A stretch of 63,244 bases of DNA, the filler included, from Octopus bimaculoides (taxonomy: Eukaryota): assembly GCF_001194135.2 (NCBI RefSeq). It is 6 parts of 6 records of this genome, joined end to end, with 100 filler letters (N's around TTAATTAATTAA, not from the genome) between each part and the next. Parts side by side here need not be neighbours in the genome. Positions count along the whole stretch, not along the records: positions 41,617 to 48,937 come from NC_068989.1; positions 49,038 to 53,738 come from NW_026321741.1; positions 53,839 to 60,283 come from NC_069002.1; positions 60,384 to 63,244 come from NW_026406368.1; 2 more parts are not named here. One strand, written 5' to 3'. Below the pieces are notes generated by a model. That model was not told the DNA's origin. It did not search any database and saw only the letters and a list, made by a program, of their open reading frames with translations. This document shows positions 48,660 through 61,140 of this stretch, one piece after another. The position numbers and the translations under genes are program-made. Numbering within the stretch: the stretch's first letter is position 1; every line of letters begins with the position of its first letter.

Positions 48660-48937
48660 TCATCATCATCATCATTGTTTAACGTCCACTTTCCATGCTA
48701 GTATGGGTTGGACAATTTGACTGAGGACTGGCGAACCAGATGGCTGCACCAGGCTCCAATCTGATCTTGTAGAGTTTCTACAGCTAGATGCCCTTCCTAA
48801 CGCCAACCACTCTGAGAGTGTAGTGGGTGCTTTTATGTGCCACCGGCACGAGGGCTAGTCTGGGGGTACTGGCAACGGCCACGCTCAAATGGTGTTTTTT
48901 ACATGCCACCTGCACAGGAGTCAGTCCAGCAGCACTG
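48660..48937 (-). mobile_element. Family D / RTE 3' end
   Basis: (CAT)n-GTTTAACGTCCACTTTCCATGC, 66-bp units. Confidence 0.88.
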
Positions 48938-49399
48938 NNNNNNNNNNNNNNNNNNNNNNNNNNNNNNNNNNNNNNNNNNNNTTAATTAATTAANNNNNNN
49001 NNNNNNNNNNNNNNNNNNNNNNNNNNNNNNNNNNNNNTATATATCCCACATTGTATTCATTTTACCATTCGGCATGTAAAAAATATAAATAAAAGGATTT
49101 TATTCTATTATTGAAATATACATTATTCAGAATTAGGGATTTCATAACTTAATGCCGTCATTTAATTCTATAAAGGTATTCTATAAAATACACCTCTATT
49201 ATGTGTTTACGAGACATGATGTATTCGTGTTTGCTTTGTTATTTTAATCGCTGTGTGCGTTTTTATCATATTTTATGGGTTAGATCTATGACACTTTCGT
49301 GTGATGCGTGTGATACGATACACAGTTCCATTAAAACATATATTTACCTGACAATCTACGAAATATCACCGTGGGAACTGTATTCGTGAATTTGTTTGG

Positions 49400-50976
49400 A
49401 GGTGTGGTCTATATGCCACCTGTGATCATTTCCATCGTGTTGTTTTCTTTTCGTTCATTTTGTTATGGTTTGTTGTAGAAATATGCAACACTCAAACAAG
49501 ACCGCACTAACCTATGGTTACATAAATTATTTATTTACAAATGTTGTTTGTATGACATACACGAATAGAGTACGTTGCTTGTGTTTTTTTTTCTTTTACA
49601 ATTCTGTTTTCTATTTTTCTCAAGAATGTAGTAAAAATATTTAATAGAATTAATAGTTTTATTTTGGGTGTTGAAATGGTTATTTAATTTTTGTTTTCTC
49701 AATCTTTTCCCAATAGGGAATTTTTTGGTAGTCAAAGATATAATCAAAAGAATTTAGGTAATAACGAAAATGATAATCTTTAGAAAAATTTACATGACAT
49801 AGGTTAATAATATTCTACATAATATTCGCAATATAGAAAAGGTATTGTGTTGGTCTGAAGGAATGGTGTATTTCAAGGTTTTAAAATGTAATCATTTGAA
49901 TGTTTAACATGGTCAGACAAACTTCATTTCCGATTGCCTGTCAAACGAAGTATCATTGAGAAATAGTATTTTATAAATTTCCGATGGGAATACTTCGTTT
50001 TTTCTTTTTTTTATTTTTATTTCATTGCTTGTATAAGATTTAGTGAGAGAGTCTTCCGTTCAAATTTATAATTTTTATCGTGTTTGCAAGTTTATAATTA
50101 TATTTTGTTTTGAATTTGTTCATAATGTAGTTGAGTGCAAAGATGGCTTCATTGTTATTGCTGAACTTACTGGTATCGTGCTATCTAAATTTGATAAGAT
50201 TTGAAGTTCGCCTGATATAGGATATAAAAAAAAAATGGCCCATTTCCAACATTGCCTGGTTTAGTATATTGGCATTCGATCTTGACGTTGGCATTTATGT
50301 TTATGGCCCGAAGAAAGGTTATCATGGTTAAAACAATTACAACTAATAGATTCACTCTAGAGTATTGGCGATTTAATTTTAAGCTGGCTGAAGTTAGCTG
50401 AACACGATGCAAAAGTTTGTATACCTGAATATAAAGATTTGATATAATTTTTGAAAGTTTTTTTATAATTCTTATTCCATTATGGAAAATGTTTCCTTGC
50501 GCAATTAAACGAATATTTTCGTGACTGATGTTACTGCATCTAAGTTGAGCAGATGCCACCTTTTTCTATTTTTCTGTTTTATTTGTCGTGTCCTGACTCT
50601 GTTGGCATTTTTCTACGAACGTTGTGTTGTTGTTGAATCCAATGCATAAATGAACCTCACCATTGAATATCGAGGAGTTGTTAATTATTTGCTGGTTAGC
50701 GGAGTATTCACTATTGTTATTTTGTCATATTCTTAGTGGATTTAAAGAGTTTGTGAATGTAGGTTAGCGTCATTTAGTGTGCGATAAAGAGAATATAGGG
50801 AGTAATTGATGCTAATTATGACACCTCCGAAGTTAATAGTTGAAATACGTATATTCAAGAGTAGATAAGATCCGGGAGGGCTACATATGTTTCATAGTGA
50901 GCGGAACCTCAGAAAAGGTAAATATCGAGGCGAAGTGTATAACGCAGGCTACCCTTCAGGCCAACGATATCTTGAT

Positions 50977-51008
<32 letters not shown>

Positions 51009-51600
51009 CAAGCATTATTTATGTAGTTCCGTGCCGGAGAAGAACAGAATGACTACGGCTGGAATAAATTTATAAGAGCTTTTAGATAAATTTTATAATA
51101 AGGACTGTTAGAACAAGACTAATGCAGAATTAAACACTGACATGCGCTGAGCAAAAATAATAGTACACGAAATACATGGTGCTCGCTAATTCACCGCGCA
51201 TACAACACGTTCCGGCTAAGATCACATACGAGGTCAGAAGGAACCCATCAGGTAAAATACATGTATTATAATCTAGTAAATGTTTTCCTTTTTTTAAACA
51301 TATTTCATTAATAAGAAAAAAAAATGAAATAAAAGAATAAAAATAAGTTTGAATATTCTTTAAAAACAGAAACGAAAAAACAGCAAAATTTAGAAGATAT
51401 AAAAATATTCCAATATTTATTAAAACAAATAAATTTATTGAGTTATAAGCGATTATTTAATTATATTCGTAATAGTTGCTTTACTAAAACGTCTGTTTTG
51501 TGTCTTATTTTCTGTTTGTCGAAGTCAATAATTACATTAAATTTTATAACCTGATGAGCGTCCTGTCCCCGCGTTATTCATTATGACATTTCAAAAACAA
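49400..51600 (-). mobile_element. Possible decayed Penelope-like element
   Basis: Unique, broken-ORF-like AT-rich DNA (YKLLHRVQLTSASLKLNRQYSRVNLL at 50185-50559) with hammerhead-like remnants at 51200-51260 and 51551-51575. Not conclusive. Confidence 0.3.
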
Positions 51601-51863
51601 ATCAATTAAATAATTCATTTGATTCGATTTAATAATTCAGCTTCCTATTGAATTAAGTCCTTTAATCTTTCCTTCTGGATTTTCCTTTCTGTTATCCTCC
51701 CACCTTCACCCCGGCACACTCTCACTCTTTCGCATCTCCCCACCCCATCCTCTACTACTTCGCCTTATTTCTTATTTCTCACTCGCTGTCTATCTCACTT
51801 TCTAACTGTCAGCTTTCTCACCCTATTGTCCTCTGCACACTTACACTTACACTTACACACACG

Positions 51864-51910
<47 letters not shown>

Positions 51911-52008
51911 CCACACTCACACAAACAAACAAACACGCATGCGCACACACAGATTTGCACACACAGATTTGCACACGCATGTACACTATCGCGTGAGTAT
52001 GTGTATAT

Positions 52009-52063
<55 letters not shown>

Positions 52064-52644
52064 NNNNNNNNNNNNNNNNNNNNNNNNNNNNNNNNNNNNN
52101 NNNNNNNNNNNNNNNNNNNNNNNNNNNNNNNNNNNNNNNNNNNNNNNNNNNNNNNNNNNNNNNNNNNNNNNNNNNNNNNNNNNNNNNNNNNNNNNNNNNN
52201 NNNNNNNNNNNNNNNNNNNNNNNNNNNNNNNNNNNNNNNNNNNNNNNNNNNNNNNNNNNNNNNNNNNNNNNNNNNNNNNNNNNNNNNNNNNNNNNNNNNN
52301 NNNNNNNNNNNNNNNNNNNNNNNNNNNNNNNNNNNNNNNNNNNNNNNNNNNNNNNNNNNNNNNNNNNNNNNNNNNNNNNNNNNNNNNNNNNNNNNNNNNN
52401 NNNNNNNNNNNNNNNNNNNNNNNNNNNNNNNNNNNNNNNNNNNNNNNNNNNNNNNNNNNNNNNNNNNNNNNNNNNNNNNNNNNNNNNNNNNNNNNNNNNN
52501 NNNNNNNNNNTAAAATAAGTATAAAGCTTAAAAGGCATGTACTATGGTCGATTCATTCAACTAAAACATTCTTGAAGGCGCTGCACCAGTATGGCCGCAG
52601 TCTAATGACTGAAACAAGTAAAAGATTAAAGCTAAACGATAATC

Positions 52645-52850
52645 CTTTCTACTCTAGGTACAAGGTCTGAAATTTTGTGGGAGGAAACCAGTCGATTCGA
52701 TCGACCCCAGTACACAACTGGTACTTGATTTATCGATCCCGAAAGGATGAAAGGCAAAGTCGACCTCGGCGGAATTTGAACTCAGAACTTACCGACGGGC
52801 GAAATATCGCAAAGCATTTCGTCCAGCGTGCTAACGATTCTGCCAGCTTC
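52645..52850 (-). mobile_element. SINE family B
   Basis: AAAGTCGACCTCGGCGGAATTTGAACTCAG. Confidence 0.9.
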
Positions 52851-53704
52851 CCGAACCTTGAAAGCTAAACGGTAATGCCTAGAGCTAAACAAAGTATTTG
52901 CACACGGCACCGAATTGACGTATGATGTGAATGCGCGCGCAGGTATGCATGTGTATCCATGTTTGACTCCATGAATGCGCCTCTAAGTGTGCATACCTAA
53001 ACGGACGGGTAGCTGCGTCGCATAAGTCGTCAGGCTTTTCTCAAACAACATAAATACATAACAACAGTGAAATGATTGCTTTATTCACGTGTTTTATTTA
53101 CATAACCAAACGAAAGAAAGTGGATCTCTTTTATTTGTTGATTCCAAACTCAAAAGGACTGCAGCGTATATGCAGTCGTATGTTATCTACGCACCAGCAC
53201 TGGCACCACCATTGTAGCAACAAGGCAGAATTCCTCCCTAAATAGGCAGCATTAAGAAAGAAAAATAAACAATCCAAGAGGGATACGTGAAACATATTGT
53301 AATAAAATAAAAGTGGTAGGCAATGCAAGCATGTATGTTTGATATATTAATAGCCTTGTGTGTGTATAACATGTACATGAATATATGTACGAATGTGTGT
53401 GTATGTATAGATGTATATACATGCATATATGTCAATTCTCATGTTACTGTACAATTTTTGTAAGCGCAGAATAGGGTTTCCTGGTCACTGCCAAAGTGTT
53501 AAGCAACACGGCATATCAGATGTAATATTATGGAGACTGCCCAACAATAATGGAGGATGTGAACCGCCTAATTAGTAACGGTAATTAGTTGAGGCCTGCA
53601 AGAAACTGAAGACTTACCAAAGCTAAGGAGAGGGAGGGAGAGAGAGGGAGAGAAACGTGATTGTGCGGTACGTATAATATCTTATACTTATATACATATA
53701 TACA

Positions 53705-53738
<34 letters not shown>

Positions 53739-53838
53739 NNNNNNNNNNNNNNNNNNNNNNNNNNNNNNNNNNNNNNNNNNNNTTAATTAATTAANNNNNN
53801 NNNNNNNNNNNNNNNNNNNNNNNNNNNNNNNNNNNNNN

Positions 53839-54040
53839 TGGCAGACTGGTTAGCGCATCGGGCAAGATGCTTAGAGGCCCTTTGTCCGTCTTTACGATTT
53901 GAGTTCAAATTCCGCCGAGGTCGACTTTGCCTTTCATCCCTTCGGGATCGATAAAATAAGTACCAGGGAAACACTGTGGTCGATGTAATCGACTAGTCCC
54001 CTTCTCCTAAATTTGAGGTCTTGTGCCTTTAGTAGAAAGG
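53839..54040 (+). mobile_element. SINE family B with (ATT)n tail to 54118
   Basis: GAGTTCAAATTCCGCCGAGGTCGACTTTGCC. Confidence 0.9.
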
Positions 54041-54043
54041 ATC

Positions 54044-54120
<77 letters not shown>

Positions 54121-54268
54121 CAACAGGATGGCCCTTTCATCGTGTTGGGAGNNNNNNNNNNNNNNNNNNNNNNNNNNNNNNNNNNNNNNNNNNNNNNNNN
54201 NNNNNNNNNNNNNNNNNNNNNNNNNNNNNNNNNNNNNNNNNNNNNNNNNNNNNNNNNNNNNNNNNNNN

Positions 54269-54326
<58 letters not shown>

Positions 54327-55479
54327 GAGGAAGAGAAAGCATAAACACCCATCCGCGTACGTGCACACACACACCACATGCATGCACAACAGGGAGAAAA
54401 GCAAATACACTAAAACAGAAACACAAACATTATCATACGTAACTCAGGAATGGAGGTTATACGTGGAGGTGTGCATGGGTGGGTGGATGTGTGCAGGTAT
54501 GTAGGTAGTTAGGCATTTCATACCGGATAATTGAATACTTCGGTCAATATTATTTCAAAACACACAATTGTTTGTTTAACATCAAAATAAATACGGTCCG
54601 AGGATATATAGGGCCGGTTACCCGGTTTCCGGAACCTATAAGTGATCGTGAGTACAACATTACCATCTGAATGAGATGCCAGTCTGTTGCAAGGTAACTC
54701 ATTTACAGCTGAGTGGACTGAGGCAACATGAAATAAAGTGTTTCACCCACGAATACAACGCACTGCATGGTCCGAGTATTGAAACTACTATCCAAGGTGC
54801 CACGCAGTGGGACTAAACCTGGAACCATGTAGTTGGAAAGCAGTGTGTGTTCCTGTAACCTGGCTTTTCGGCAAAACGAGACCGATAGAATAATTAACAG
54901 ACTTTAAAATAAGCAGTGTGTGTTCATGCGCCTTTATACCTTCGTCACCGAATCTCTGCAGAATTAATTGGTTAATTAAAAGGCAAATGATAAGGTCAGA
55001 GTTCGAATAACAAGAAATAACGTAAGGCCGTATACAACTGACCAATTGACCTTTTGATTGGATAGGAATGAAGTGATTCAGGAAGTTTCCTTTTTTCCTG
55101 ATCAGTTAAACTGACAGCCATCAAATACAAACAATTAATATCATATATACTCAAATCATTCTGACCATTTCCAAGAATCAAAGACCATGGAATTTCAGAT
55201 TCCGGTACAATTTGTTTCTTATATTAGTGTACTAAAATTAATTTTTTAATTTTTTAATAAATAAATCTTCATTGGAGATAAAATTTGTAAATAAATTCCT
55301 GTGATTTAAACCAGTGACTGGAAGCCATTTTGCTGTCCGTGATCGCAGCACAAATTAAATCGGTTTTAACCAAGACTACGCCATCTTGTACATCACTGAG
55401 TTATTCGAATTAGGTTAAAATAATTGTCTAGACCTATAATCTAGTTAAGCTTGGCTATCATATTTTATCTCTAATCTGT

Positions 55480-55765
55480 TACTTATTCCAGTCACCAGAG
55501 GTTGGGGCACCACTTCGAAGGGTTTTAGTGGAACAAGTTGACCCCAGTACTTATATATTTTAAAATCTGTTAATTATTCTATCGGTCTCTTTTTCCGAAA
55601 AGCCAGGTTACAGGAACGCACACTGCTTCCTTACTACATGGTTCCAGGTTTAGTCCCACTGCGTGGAACTTTGGGCAAGTATCTTCTTCTATAGCCTTGG
55701 GCCCACCAAAGCCTTGTGAGTGGATTTGGTAGACGGGAACTGAAAGAAGCCTGTCGCATATATAC

Positions 55766-55805
<40 letters not shown>
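55480..55805. mobile_element. Rearranged family A SINE (antisense tail fused to sense head)
   Basis: Same junction appears inverted at 54800-54910. Confidence 0.75.
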
Positions 55806-56789
55806 NNNNNNNNNNNNNNNNNNNNNNNNNNNNNNNNNNNNNNNNNNNNNNNNNNNNNNNNNNNNNNNNNNNNNNNNNNNNNNNNNNNNNNNNNNNNNNN
55901 NNNNNNNNNNNNNNNNNNNNNNNNNNNNNNNNNNNNNNNNNNNNNNNNNNNNNNNNNNNNNNNNNNNNNNNNNNNNNNNNNNNNNNNNNNNNNNNNNNNN
56001 NNNNNNNNNNNNNNNNNNNNNNNNNNNNNNNNNNNNNNNNNNNNNNNNNNNNNNNNNNNTAAACAACCTACCCCAGACTTCAGCCGTGGAAGAGAACTTT
56101 CTAGGTGCAATCCCATGGTCAATCACGACCGAAGGGGTGGTTTTACGCTTTATAGCAGAAGACAATTGCCCAAAAATGGAAGCAATGCGACTGAACTTTA
56201 AGCTTGGTGGCTGTGAAACAAATTTCTGAACAGCACAGCCATGACTGAGCCTAAACTAATTAGAAAACATTGAAACGAATTGATGGACACCGGAAATGAT
56301 AACTCAAACGCGTATACATATTGTATATATATATATATATATATATATAGTGTGTGTGTGTAGGTATATATATATGTGTGTGTGTGTGTGTATAAGTACG
56401 AAAAATTACATCCGACTGGGTGAAACCTAAGGAAATGAGTGCGCAAAACATACTGTCAGAAATTACGATTTAATCTAGTTTTATTATATAATTCATACAT
56501 ATTTATAATTAGCTATAATAAACTCATTACTGGCAATGTAAAATGGAATCTTGTAATTTGTTGAATACAATATGCAATAATTTCAGATTACGGGACTAAA
56601 CAGAATTAATGTACAACACACACACACACACATCTGGTCCTGAAAAGGTAAAAGACCGAAATTTGTCCAATGCAGCACTCAATTCGAGGTAGAAGGTATC
56701 CTATTTGCTTATATCTACACCAGGGACGTGCTGCCTAGATAGACAAGATAGGCAGTACCTACCTAGAAAAAAATAGATCGATAGCAACA

Positions 56790-56950
56790 TACGACGGGCT
56801 TCTTTCAGTTTCTGTCTACCAAATCCACTCACAAGGCTTTGGTCGGCCCGAGGCTATAGTAGAAGACACTTGCCTTAGGTGCCACGCAGTGGACTGAACT
56901 CGGAACCATGCGGTTCGTGAGCAAGCTACTTACCACACAGGCACTCCTAT
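56790..56950 (-). mobile_element. SINE family A head
   Basis: GAAGACACTTGCC..GGTGCCACGCAGTGG. Confidence 0.88.
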
Positions 56951-57202
56951 GCCTATATATGCACGCATATATGTATGCGTATATATATATATATATATAT
57001 NNNNNNNNNNNNNNNNNNNNNNNNNNNNNNNNNNNNNNNNNNNNNNNNNNNNNNNNNNNNNNNNNNNNNNNNNNNNNNNNNNNNNNNNNNNNNNNNNNNN
57101 NNNNNNNNNNNNNNNNNNNNNNNNNNNNNNNNNNNNNNNNNNNNNNNNNNNNNNNNNNNNNNNNNNNNNNNNNNNNNNNNNNNNNNNNNNNNNNNNNNNN
57201 NN

Positions 57203-57247
<45 letters not shown>

Positions 57248-58178
57248 ACGCGTATCTATTTGTTGGCAGCTAATAGTGTAATCCTGTGTTATGTTCTTTT
57301 ATGCTGACAACGTAATGTAGCGGTTCGACAAACAGAATTCGATAGAATTTAAACATATACTCTTAAAGAAAAGATATGAGTGGCTCCACTAACTAACAAC
57401 AACAACAACAAAATCCTTGAAACCACTAAAAGGAAAATTAATTGTATATGTGTATATGTGTATGCGTATGTGTGTTTGTATGTGTATGTGTGTGTTTGTA
57501 TGTGTGTGATTGTGTGCGTGTGCGTACAACTAATTATAAAGAGACGTGCGTGAAAACTTTTATTGTTTGATTGTGTGAAAACTAAACTTATTTCTCAGAC
57601 GAACTCACACAAATTGAGCTTTCTAAGCAATATGATGCATTGTCGTTGATTATAACTATTACGATTTTAACCACCACCACCACCACCGCTACTACTATTA
57701 CTACTACAACTACTACTACTACTTGTTATTGTTATTAACTATTGTAACATTACTGTTTTATTACGGTTTATATTATGTATAGCAGTTTATATCTGCCATT
57801 GTTAATATTACCATTATTCCGAGTGATATTTTCCATTGTCAAAGCTATTGATAAAAATGCTGTTGTAATAGTCCTTGTTTTATTGTTGCCGTCGTTGTTG
57901 TTGTTGTTGCTGTTGCTGTTATTGTTGTTGTGATTGTTGTGGCTGTTGTTGTTGTTGTTGTTCAGACGCCGACATTGCCGCCGCTTTCGCTGTTATTCAG
58001 CTTCAAAGCCTGTCTCATTCTATTCTTTTACGCCGACGTTGTCGTCTCGAATACACGTTTATATGTCTGCTGTCTGTGTGAGGTGGTGTGTGTATGCGTG
58101 CGTGTATGTGTGTATGAGTGTATGTGTGTACGGTGTGTATGTGTGTAGGATGCGTGTGGTGTGTGCGTGAGGCTATAC

Positions 58179-58214
<36 letters not shown>

Positions 58215-58274
58215 TAGATAGATAGATAGATATAGATATAGATATATTCATAAGTATGTATGTATATGTATATA

Positions 58275-58328
58275 TCAGCTGTCTATGAGAGCTAGTGCGC
58301 ATATGTGGCAGTGTGTGTGTGTGTGTGA

Positions 58329-58368
<40 letters not shown>

Positions 58369-58482
58369 GCATGTATGTATGTATATGTATGCGTATGGTT
58401 ATGTCAGCTGTCTATGAGAGTTGGTGCACATATGTGGCAGTGTGTGTATGTGTGTATGGTATGTGTGGTGTATGGCTATACA

Positions 58483-58515
<33 letters not shown>

Positions 58516-58725
58516 CATGTATGTATATGTATGCGTATGCTTATGTCAGCTGTCTATGAGAGTTGGTGAGTATATGTGGCAGTGTGTGTGTGCGTGTGGT
58601 ATGTGTGGTGCATGTGATGTGTGGCTATACACTATATAAGTATGTGTGTGTGCATGTATATATGTATATGTATGCGTATGCTTACGTCAGCTGTCTATGT
58701 AAGTTGGTGAGCATGTGTGACAGGG
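58275..58725. repeat. Minisatellite, four units of about 129-142 bp
   Basis: TCAGCTGTCTATG(AG/TA)AG.T.GTG at 58275, 58404, 58546 and 58687, separated by TG-rich spacers. Confidence 0.9.
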
Positions 58726-58924
58726 TGTATGTGTGAGTGTGTATGCGTGTGTGTGTGCGTGAGTGTGTAACTTTTGCGTATATGGTTATATATATATGTG
58801 GGTGTGTGCGTGTGTGTTTATATGCTTGTAGCCTGTGATATATGGCCTTGTGTTTCTTCTGTGTCTGCGTATGAGTGTGTGCGTCTGCGGTGGCCTTGTA
58901 ATATGGCTGTATTATATATAATCG

Positions 58925-59100
58925 CTTATCTTTCATCTTTTACTTCTTTCAGTCATGAGACCGCGGCCATGCTGGGGCACCGCCCTGAATAATTTCAGTC
59001 GCACGAATCGACCCCAGTACTGAATTTTTTTAAAGACAGGTATTTATTCCATCGGTTTCTTGCGCTGAACTGCTACGTTGCAGGTACATAAACATATCAG
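58925..59100 (-). mobile_element. SINE family A 3' half
   Basis: TTTCAGTCATGAGACCGCGGCCATGCTGG. Confidence 0.82.
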
Positions 59101-59892
59101 ATAGACAGACAGAAAGATAAAAAGACAGACAGACAGACAGAGACATATATANNNNNNNNNNNNNNNNNNNNNNNNNNNNNNNNNNNNNNNNNNNNNNNNN
59201 NNNNNNNNNNNNNNNNNNNNNNNNNNNNNNNNNNNNNNNNNNNNNNNNNNNNNNNNNNNNNNNNNNNNNNNNNNNNNNNNNNNNNNNNNNNNNNNNNNNN
59301 NNNNNNNNNNNNNNNNNNNNNNNNNNNNNNNNNNNNNNNNNNNNNNNNNNNNNNNNNNNNNNNNNNNNNNNNNNNNNNNNNNNNNNNNNNNNNNNNNNNN
59401 NNNNNNNNNNNNNNNNNNNNNNNNNNNNNNNNNNNNNNNNNNNNNNNNNNNNNNNNNNNNNNNNNNNNNNNNNNNNNNNNNNNNNNNNNNNNNNNNNNNN
59501 NNNNNNNNNNNNNNNNNNNNNNNNNNNNNNNNNNNNNNNNNNNNNNNNNNNNNNNNNNNNNNNNNNNNNNNNNNNNNNNNNNNNNNNNNNNNNNNNNNNN
59601 NNNNNNNNNNNNNNNNNNNNNNNNNNNNNNNNNNNNNNNNNNNNNNNNNNNNNNNNNNNNNNNNNNTAAGGCTCTGATCGTCTCGAGGCTACATAGTAGA
59701 AGGCTATATTGCCCAAGGTGTCACGCAGTGGGACTGAACCCGGAACCATGTGGTTGTGAAGCAGACGTTTTATCACACACACCCACACAAATATGTATGT
59801 ATATATATGTGTGTGTGTGTATGTGTGTGTGTGTGTGTGTGTATGTGTCTGTATATATATATATATATTGTCAATCCCTATACATTTATGAT

Positions 59893-59940
<48 letters not shown>

Positions 59941-60646
59941 TATATATAAACGTATGGGTATGTGTGTGTGTATGTGTGTGTGAGTGTTTCTGTATGTGTG
60001 TTGCTATGTGTATCAGTGTGTGTGTGTGTGTGTGTGCTAGTATGTGTGAATATAACAGATTACGTTTGTGGTTACGTATACGTCCGTTTTATGTTATTTT
60101 TTTTTGTGTCGTAGGCAACATCCAATGAGCGACGGCCATGCTGGGTCATTTCAATTACGTGTTTAGACCACGATCACATTGACCCAGGTAAATACTTCAT
60201 TCTGCAACTATCTTCTTCCCTTTGTCGGCCATCCACTCACACACACACACACATCTATTATATATATATATATATATATATATNNNNNNNNNNNNNNNNN
60301 NNNNNNNNNNNNNNNNNNNNNNNNNNNTTAATTAATTAANNNNNNNNNNNNNNNNNNNNNNNNNNNNNNNNNNNNNNNNNNNNGTAGTAATAGTAGTAGT
60401 AATAATAGTAGTAGTAGTTTTAGTAAAAATGGCGGCTGTAGTAGTGGTGGTGGTTGTGTTAGGTTTTAGTTGAAGGGCGTTCGTTGAGAGAAATGTGACG
60501 TTGTCTATATCCTTCGCTCCCTCCCACCATCTCCCCTCTCGTTCTTCCACTTTCTTTTCTCTCTCTCTCTCTCTTTGTTACCCCTCTCTTTCTTTTGCCT
60601 TTCTTTCTCTCTTTCTCTCCCTCCAGTCTCTCATTTTTCTCTCCAG

Positions 60647-60697
60647 ACTCGACAATGGTACTTGTTCGATCAGCCGTGCAAGAAGAACAAGAAATGA
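60647..60697 (+). CDS. Candidate terminal exon TRQWYLFDQPCKKNKK* (possibly the last QxW of a GALNT lectin domain)
   Basis: Strong acceptor TCTCTCATTTTTCTCTCCAG|. TRQWYL aligns loosely with the GALNT11 C-terminal SQQWHL. Phase and gene assignment unproven; the pyrimidine tract is partly a (CT)n repeat. Confidence 0.3.
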   Translation, partial: TRQWYLFDQPCKKNKK

Positions 60698-60719
60698 ATA
60701 TTAGAAAAAAAAAAAAAAA

Positions 60720-60772
60720 ATGATGATGATGACGATGATGATGATGATGACAACGACGACGCTCTCAATAAT

Positions 60773-60806
<34 letters not shown>

Positions 60807-60811
60807 CCAAC

Positions 60812-60879
<68 letters not shown>

Positions 60880-60940
60880 TAATAATAACAATAATAACAT
60901 TAATAATAACAACAATGATAATAATAATAATAACAACAAC
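60720..60940. repeat. Compound (GAT)(CAA)(AAT)n microsatellite
   Basis: Read directly. Confidence 0.96.
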
Positions 60941-60949
60941 AAATCTTTT

Positions 60950-61140
60950 CTACTAAAGGTTCAAGGCCTGAAATTTGTGAGGAGGGGGCCAGTCAATTAA
61001 ATCGACCCTGGTACGAAACTGGTGCTTAATTTATCGCCCCCGAAAGCATGAAAGGCAAAAATCGATCTCGGTGGTATTTGAACTCAGAACGTTACGACGG
61101 GCAAAAGACCCGGCGTGCTAACGGCTCTACCAACTCGCCA
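60950..61140 (-). mobile_element. SINE family B
   Basis: GTATTTGAACTCAGAACG and AAAGGCAAAAATCGATCTCGG. Confidence 0.85.

Noticed and set aside
50870-50927. IREGYICFIVSGTSEK|GTAAAT as a GALNT lectin exon
   Set aside because: No pyrimidine tract, lacks the conserved G and CL/CLD, and lies in probable TE DNA.
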